A stretch of 32,000 nucleotides of DNA. Source: Thermoproteus tenax Kra 1 (GTDB taxonomy: Archaea; Thermoproteota; Thermoprotei; Thermoproteales; Thermoproteaceae). The position numbers and the translations under genes are program-made. The stretch covers positions 1,200,001 through 1,232,000 of the forward strand of contig NC_016070.1 of NCBI RefSeq assembly GCF_000253055.1, given 5' to 3'. Below, in pieces: positions 26,884-32,000 of this stretch (positions within the stretch are counted from its first letter, which is position 1; each line of letters opens with the position of its first letter). The notes under the pieces are model-generated. The model was not told where the DNA came from, searched no databases, and was given only the letters and a program-made list of their open reading frames with translations.

Positions 26884-28044
26884 ATGCGCCGCGGCGGACG
26901 TCTGGGGTTGGTCTCGCTCATAGTGTCTCTGACGATCGCCGCCCGTTCAGTCAACTATATGGTCCAGAGCACAGTTCCGCCGTTTGCCCGAGAGCTGGGG
27001 CTGGGGCCCGCCGAAGTGGGCCTCTTGGCCGCGACGGGTGCCGCCGGCCAGCTCATAAGCACCGTCTTCTTAAACGTAGTCCTGGGGCCCGAGCAGAGGA
27101 GGAAGGCCTTCGTGCTCTCCGCCACGGCTGTGCCGTTCTTATTGGCGGCATTCGCCCTCTCGGGCCCTGTCTCTCTGTGGCCCGCCGTCTTCGCGGCGGG
27201 TCTGGTGTTCGGCATCATTATGCCCAACCTCATCAATCTGCCGTCGTTGAGCCCTCAGAGCGCGGAGCGCCTCCTGGCTATATATTCTCTCTCGCTCAGC
27301 ATCAGCCTAGTGGTCGGGCCAGCCTATGAGACGGCCGTGTTGGCCAAATACAGCTACAGATATGTATTTCTATTCTTCCTACCGTTGGCCCTCCTCTTGG
27401 CGGTCCTCTCGCGCAAGGCGGCTTTCCCGCCGTCGAGGGCCGAGGGATCCCTCAAGAGGCTCTACGCGAGGGCGTTGTCCAGCGCGGGCTTCTTGTCTTC
27501 GGTGTTGTCTATAACAGCCTACAATGTACCCTTTATGGCGCTCGTGACATATCTGCCCATATACGCCTCTGAGCAGCTGGGCCTCCCGAATGCGTTGGCC
27601 TACTCGCTCTTCATCCCCTTCTTCTCCGTCTCTATGGCCACGCGCCTCTATATGTCGTTGCGGCCCGTGAGAGACCTCGTCAAGGCCTTCGTTGCTTCAG
27701 TCGCGCTCACGCTGGCCGGCCTCGTCTTGCTCTGGAGCTCGTCCTCCTACGCAACTATAGCGGCCGCCATGGCGCTCTTGGGAGTGCCCCATGGCTCCGT
27801 CTTTACTCTGTCCACAATAATGATCGCCCGCACCACTCCAGTCGAGGAAAGAAACGCGGTCAATTCTCTTTTCTCCTCCTACCTAGTGATCTTGGGGATA
27901 GCGGTGCCGCCCGCGCTGGGCGCGTTGGCCGAGGCCTGGGGGTTTAGATCTATGTGGCTCTCCCTTCTGCTTCCCACGGCTATCGCCTCGGGGGCCTTCC
28001 TGGCGCTGTTCGGCAGATCGGAGAGGCTGAGGCGCCCTACTTAA
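26884..28044 (+). CDS. MFS transporter
   Basis: 386 aa, 12-TM pattern, APFARELGLGPAEVGLLAATGAAGQLIS and GVPHGSVFTLSTIMIARTTPVEERNAVNSLFSSYLV. Confidence 0.9.
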   Translation: MRRGGRLGLVSLIVSLTIAARSVNYMVQSTVPPFARELGLGPAEVGLLAATGAAGQLISTVFLNVVLGPEQRRKAFVLSATAVPFLLAAFALSGPVSLWPAVFAAGLVFGIIMPNLINLPSLSPQSAERLLAIYSLSLSISLVVGPAYETAVLAKYSYRYVFLFFLPLALLLAVLSRKAAFPPSRAEGSLKRLYARALSSAGFLSSVLSITAYNVPFMALVTYLPIYASEQLGLPNALAYSLFIPFFSVSMATRLYMSLRPVRDLVKAFVASVALTLAGLVLLWSSSSYATIAAAMALLGVPHGSVFTLSTIMIARTTPVEERNAVNSLFSSYLVILGIAVPPALGALAEAWGFRSMWLSLLLPTAIASGAFLALFGRSERLRRPT

Positions 28045-28324
28045 TCAAGAGGCCGATTATGAGGCCGATTATAAAGGTCAGAGAGGAGAACGGTATCATG
28101 GACTTGAGAACCCCCAGCTTCTCAGCCGCTTGATACGCAGTATATCCCAAGCTCTGGAGAATACTGATGGCGGCCGAAGGGCTTAGGTAGCCCAAAGCCA
28201 CCGCCAAGATCAATATTGCAAATAAGACTAGGGCCACGCCTATCAGCCTCCTGATGAGAACCCCTATCAAAAGCCCGAATATGAACGGCACCACCAACGC
28301 AAGTATCTCAGTTATAGTGAACAT
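28037..28324 (-). CDS. Small glycine/leucine-rich membrane protein, 95 aa (start trimmed to 28324)
   Basis: MFTITEILALVVPFIFGLLIGVLIRRLIGVALVLFAILILAVALGYLSPS..., TATA-like CCTATAAAAATT about 26 nt upstream. Confidence 0.75.
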   Translation of the reverse strand: MFTITEILALVVPFIFGLLIGVLIRRLIGVALVLFAILILAVALGYLSPSAAISILQSLGYTAYQAAEKLGVLKSMIPFSSLTFIIGLIIGLLIK

Positions 28325-28679
28325 GCCCCATGATAGAAACTTAATTTTTATAGGTTTTCTCCGGAGCGTGATGAGATGTCCCTTTGGGCTCGGCTTGCCT
28401 GATACGCCACAGACTGACGCTCTGCCCTTTAGGCGCAGGCATATTTTCCGTGGCAGAGCTAGTGGAGATGCGGAGAGGCAAAGGCGGACGCCGCGCGGGG
28501 AATCAAACGCAAGATAGCCCTGGCAGGAGGCTCCCGCCGGAGCTCCTGCTCCACCCGGCGCCCAACCGCGGCCTCCCCCAATAGCTCTGGCGAGGGGCAA
28601 CGGACGAGGCCACGCCAGGCGGGGAGCGCGGTCATGCGCCCCAGACTGAAGATTTTTAACCGCCATTCTCTTTACATTT

Positions 28680-29315
28680 GTGAGGCAGTTTCAGTGTCTG
28701 CCCGACTGCGCCCTCTGCTGTAGGGCCAGCCCGGTCACTGTCTTGCCCCACGAGGTGTACATACTGCAGTCTCTGGCGCGCGACTTAGGCGTCGTTGTAA
28801 AGTTCGCGCCCGCCTACAATGTAGCCGACGTCCAGAACGGCGTCAGGATAGCCCTCAGCTACCTCATGCTCTTGGACGATGAGGGGAAATGCCCCTTTTT
28901 GCGCGGAACCAAATGTCTAGTGCACGACCTCTACAAGCCTCTAACTTGTCGCTCCTTCCCCTATTTGCCCAAAGTGATAAGGTACGAGCTGGACCCCATA
29001 GCCAAAGAGGTGAGGATGGAGATAAATTTCGTCATGTCTACTCTCTGCCCAGTGGTGAGGAAAGACTTGAGCCCCGGCGACGTGGCAAAAATGGCGAACG
29101 TCAAAGTGGCGGTTGAGTACGCCCCCAGGGAGGTCGCCGTGGCTAAAGAGACTGTGGCAAAAAGGCTGTTTTACGCGCGCATACTCAGCGATCTGTGGCA
29201 GAAGGGATACGTTGAGCTAGACGATGGAAGCGCCTATCCCCACCTTCCTGTGGTGAACGGCTTTTCATATATCAGGAGGTTCCGGCCCGAGCTCACTCTG
29301 AAGGACCTAGCCTAG
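28680..29315 (+). CDS. YkgJ-family Cys-cluster (Zn/Fe-chelating) protein
   Basis: CLPDCALCCRASPVTVLPHEVYIL, KCPFLRGTKCLVHDLYKPLTCRSFPY. GTG start with TTTTTAAC about 25 nt upstream. Confidence 0.9.
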   Translation: MRQFQCLPDCALCCRASPVTVLPHEVYILQSLARDLGVVVKFAPAYNVADVQNGVRIALSYLMLLDDEGKCPFLRGTKCLVHDLYKPLTCRSFPYLPKVIRYELDPIAKEVRMEINFVMSTLCPVVRKDLSPGDVAKMANVKVAVEYAPREVAVAKETVAKRLFYARILSDLWQKGYVELDDGSAYPHLPVVNGFSYIRRFRPELTLKDLA

Positions 29316-29360
29316 CGCTCGGGGTATAGCATCCTTAAAAATTCAGAAGACGTCTACCGA

Positions 29361-30314
29361 GTGCGTGTGTTTTTCGATGGCGGCATAGTGTTGGAGGGAA
29401 GGGGGTTCAGGATCATCGTAGATCCCTTCAAGCCGCACGACTTCAGAACGTTCGACCTCGTCTTAGTCACCCACGGGCACAGCGACCACGTGACTAGGCA
29501 CATCAAACGGGCGCGCGTCGCTCTGACGAAGGAGACCATGGCCGTTCTGTTAACTAGATACGGCGTTAGGCCCTTGGAATTACATATTGTGAGGCCAGGC
29601 GACGTTCTGGACTTCGGCAAGTTCCGTGTGGCCGTCTACAACGCAGGTCACGTGATGGGCAGCGTTATGTACGTAGTTGAATCGGCCGAGGGCACCGTGG
29701 GGTTTACCGGCGATTTCAATGTGTATGGGAGCAACGTGGTGGACGGAGCAGACCAGATCGAGGCCGATGTGTTGGTGATGGAGGCCACATACGGCTCGCG
29801 GCACTATGTCTTCCCCCCGAGGGAGAAGATCTATAGGGAGCTGTTGGAGCTGGCTGAGAAGAAGGACGTCCTCCTCGCCATAAGGGCCGGCCCCCTCGGC
29901 AAGGGCCAGGAGTTGGCCAAGCTCCTGCCCCATGATAGGCTCTATCTGGAGCCCAAGATAGCGGAGCTCAACAGAGCTCTGGGAGTGCGCGGAGGCCGGG
30001 AATATAGGCCGAGGGCCGTCGGCCCCGGCGACGTGGTCTTGTTGGGCCTCACATCGCGACCGCCTCTGGGGGCTACGTTGGTGGAGCTCAGCGGCCACTT
30101 CGCTGTGCATAAACCGCAAGACGGCTTGGGCCTTCCTCTGAGCAACCACTCGGACTTCCCCGGGCTTCTGGAGATGGCGCTCAGGAGCAGAGCCAAGAGG
30201 ATCTATACAGTCTACGGCCACGCCGCTGAGCTCGCCAAGTGGCTCAACAGACTTGGCGTAAGGGCCTCGACGATACCCCCGAAAGGGCAGATGGAGCTGA
30301 CCCAGTGGCTCTAG
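29361..30314 (+). CDS. MBL-fold metallohydrolase, possibly nuclease/3'-end-processing-like
   Basis: THGHSDHVTRH, NAGHVMGSVMYVVE, GFTGDFNVYGSNVVDGADQIEADVLVMEATYG and a late VYGHAAELAKWLNRLG. Confidence 0.9.
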   Translation: MRVFFDGGIVLEGRGFRIIVDPFKPHDFRTFDLVLVTHGHSDHVTRHIKRARVALTKETMAVLLTRYGVRPLELHIVRPGDVLDFGKFRVAVYNAGHVMGSVMYVVESAEGTVGFTGDFNVYGSNVVDGADQIEADVLVMEATYGSRHYVFPPREKIYRELLELAEKKDVLLAIRAGPLGKGQELAKLLPHDRLYLEPKIAELNRALGVRGGREYRPRAVGPGDVVLLGLTSRPPLGATLVELSGHFAVHKPQDGLGLPLSNHSDFPGLLEMALRSRAKRIYTVYGHAAELAKWLNRLGVRASTIPPKGQMELTQWL

Positions 30315-32000
30315 TCGGGAACCTCCACGTATTTCTCGAGGGTCTCTGCGACGTGCGCGAGCCCCAGCCTCTTCAAAGTGCTCCTCCTCGGCACTCCGTT
30401 CTGGCCCCAGCCCCTCAAGTCGTAATAGTGGCTCAAGAGCTCGTTGTATTTGTCGTAGTCTAAGTGTGCGCCCTTCAGCGGGCCCTTCGTGAGAGGCCTC
30501 TTGAACCACTTGGGGGGCGGCACATCCAATTCCCGGCTCCAGTAGCCGTACTCCCTTATCCAGAACGCCCTTATCAGCGCGTATATTCTGTCGCCGACCT
30601 CGTTGAAGTAGTCGGGGGTCGCGTCGATACCTGTCGCCGCCTTGAAGAGCTTGGGATACCAGTCTAAAGACAAGCCCACCTCGACCCAGGGCAGACGGCA
30701 TGCCACGAACGCCTCGAACCAACCGCCTCTAATCCTCTGTAGCTCTATCACTTTTGCGGCCTTTTCCCTCGTATATCCGAGGCGGTCCGTCTTGACCTCC
30801 CACGAGATGACCCATGCGTCCTTGTGATGGGGGCCTATGGGCGAGGTGGCGTAGGCAAGCGCCATGGCGGGAGCTGCGTGGCAGTCGTACCCGCTCACCT
30901 CGAGGCCCTTGACTTGCACCGCCAGCTCCTCTGCGCCCTTTCCCAACCTCTGCGAGGCTCTCATGGTGCCCTCGGCGAGGAGATCTCCGAAGCCCCTCCT
31001 GAGAGCTATGTCGATGGCCAGCTCGCGGGCGGCCTTGTAATCGCCCCACTCTATCTTGTAGCCGAACTCCTTCGTCAAACCCCTCTCGCTTGCCTCCATG
31101 GCGAAGCCGAGAGTGTTGCCGAGAGATATAGTGTCCATGCCCATTAAGTCCGCCACGCGGTTCAGCTCGGCGACCTTCGACAAATCTCCGATGCCCAAGT
31201 TGGAGCCCAACAGAGCTATGTTCTCGTAGTCGACCTCAGCGGTGCCCTCCTCGGAGGGTACCCAATGTCCGCAGGGCATGAAACATAGAGGGCACGACTT
31301 GAGGTCGACCTCCATTTTCTCCACCATGGCCCCTCCTATTTTCTCAAACTCGTCGAACTGGCCCTCCGAGAAGTTATATGTTGGGAGAACGCTGGCCTCC
31401 TGCGCCCATTCAACTGTAGATGTAGTGCCTTGCTTCATCCAGAAGCTGTAGCCGGGCATCTTCCTCCCTTGTTCAACGGCCTCTATACCTATTTTGTTTA
31501 TCGCCTTATCGGCCACGGGTATCTCGCCCTTGCCCTTGACCACCACCGCCTTTAAGTTCTTGGAACCCATCACGGCGCCCATTCCCGGCCTGCCTCCGGC
31601 CCTCCCCCTCTGGGCCACGACCACAGCGTATTTAACAAGCCTCTCGCCCGCCGGCCCTATGGTCAAGACGCCGGCGTCCCTTCCGTGTATCTTCTGTAGT
31701 TTGTCCTCGGTGGCCCACGTGTTGAGCCCCCACAAGTCGCTGGCGTCGTGGAACTCTACTCCCCTCTCATCTATATAGAGATATGTAGGTTTATTCGCCC
31801 TACCTTCTACAACTATAGCGTCGTAGCCGGCCCTCCTCATATAGACTCCGGCCCAGGCCCCTATGTTGCCATCGCCGTATCCGCCGGTGATTGGCGATTT
31901 GGCGGCGACAACCAACTTGCCCGTATTGACGTTTGTCAAACCTGTCAACGGCCCGGCGGCAAATATGAGTTTGTTGTGCGGCGAGAGCGGATCTGTGCCT
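30311..32000 (-). CDS. Aldehyde:ferredoxin oxidoreductase family protein, 5'-truncated by the window edge
   Basis: GPLTGLTN, SKNLKAVVVKG and CPLCFMPCG (Fe-S cysteines) motifs. The frame is open across 31949-32000 (TDPLSPHNKLIFAAGPLTGLTN), so the start is outside. Confidence 0.96.
   Translation of the reverse strand, partial: GTDPLSPHNKLIFAAGPLTGLTNVNTGKLVVAAKSPITGGYGDGNIGAWAGVYMRRAGYDAIVVEGRANKPTYLYIDERGVEFHDASDLWGLNTWATEDKLQKIHGRDAGVLTIGPAGERLVKYAVVVAQRGRAGGRPGMGAVMGSKNLKAVVVKGKGEIPVADKAINKIGIEAVEQGRKMPGYSFWMKQGTTSTVEWAQEASVLPTYNFSEGQFDEFEKIGGAMVEKMEVDLKSCPLCFMPCGHWVPSEEGTAEVDYENIALLGSNLGIGDLSKVAELNRVADLMGMDTISLGNTLGFAMEASERGLTKEFGYKIEWGDYKAARELAIDIALRRGFGDLLAEGTMRASQRLGKGAEELAVQVKGLEVSGYDCHAAPAMALAYATSPIGPHHKDAWVISWEVKTDRLGYTREKAAKVIELQRIRGGWFEAFVACRLPWVEVGLSLDWYPKLFKAATGIDATPDYFNEVGDRIYALIRAFWIREYGYWSRELDVPPPKWFKRPLTKGPLKGAHLDYDKYNELLSHYYDLRGWGQNGVPRRSTLKRLGLAHVAETLEKYVEVPD

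Noticed and set aside
28370-28640. Interpretation of the structured spacer as SRP (7S) RNA
   Set aside because: I could not find the conserved helix 8 GGAAG...AGCAGC-type motif on either strand, so I left it as an unassigned candidate.
28325-28666. N-terminal 114 residues of the 209-aa ORF 28037..28666
   Set aside because: Arg/Pro/Gly-rich non-protein-like sequence; a TATA at about -26 supports the start at 28324.
1-32000. Transposons, integrases, prophage genes or a multi-gene defence island
   Set aside because: No transposase, integrase, helicase-nuclease or other defence hallmark was recognised; only the HEPN and MNT genes are TA-like.

Overview
This is crenarchaeal chromosomal DNA. The gene content, leaderless TATA-driven starts, intron-bearing tRNAs and minimal RNase P RNA all suggest a Thermoproteaceae-like hyperthermophile. 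From left to right it contains:
(1) an AT-rich minus-strand surface-polysaccharide/glycosylation operon at about 1-7.1 kb, with three GT4 glycosyltransferases, a diverged GT, a large membrane protein and a polysaccharide deacetylase, followed by a DUF1616-like membrane gene pair;
(2) a small accessory patch at about 9-12 kb, with separated HEPN and MNT genes and a heptad/18-mer repeat coiled-coil protein;
(3) a further GT4 gene, then tRNA-Gln(CTG) and tRNA-Asn(GTT), both apparently carrying introns at non-canonical positions, with degraded sequence between them;
(4) a UreH/NiCoT-like transporter and an MFS-HyuA-HyuB operon, where hyuB is frameshifted near its 3' end;
(5) surE, several small membrane proteins, an APC permease, an apparently frameshifted ACT-like archaeal gene, and a TauE/SafE exporter;
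(6) a GC-rich structured RNA on the minus strand at about 26645-26852 that I read as a minimal RNase P RNA lacking a normal specificity domain, divergent from an MFS gene;
(7) a YkgJ-type Cys-cluster protein, an MBL-fold hydrolase and a 5'-truncated aldehyde:ferredoxin oxidoreductase.
I found no CRISPR array, transposase or prophage. I do not see a convincing new defence system. The most notable items are the compact RNase P RNA, the non-canonical tRNA introns, the three split genes, the unusual HEPN/MNT arrangement and an unexplained structured spacer at 28.37-28.64 kb.
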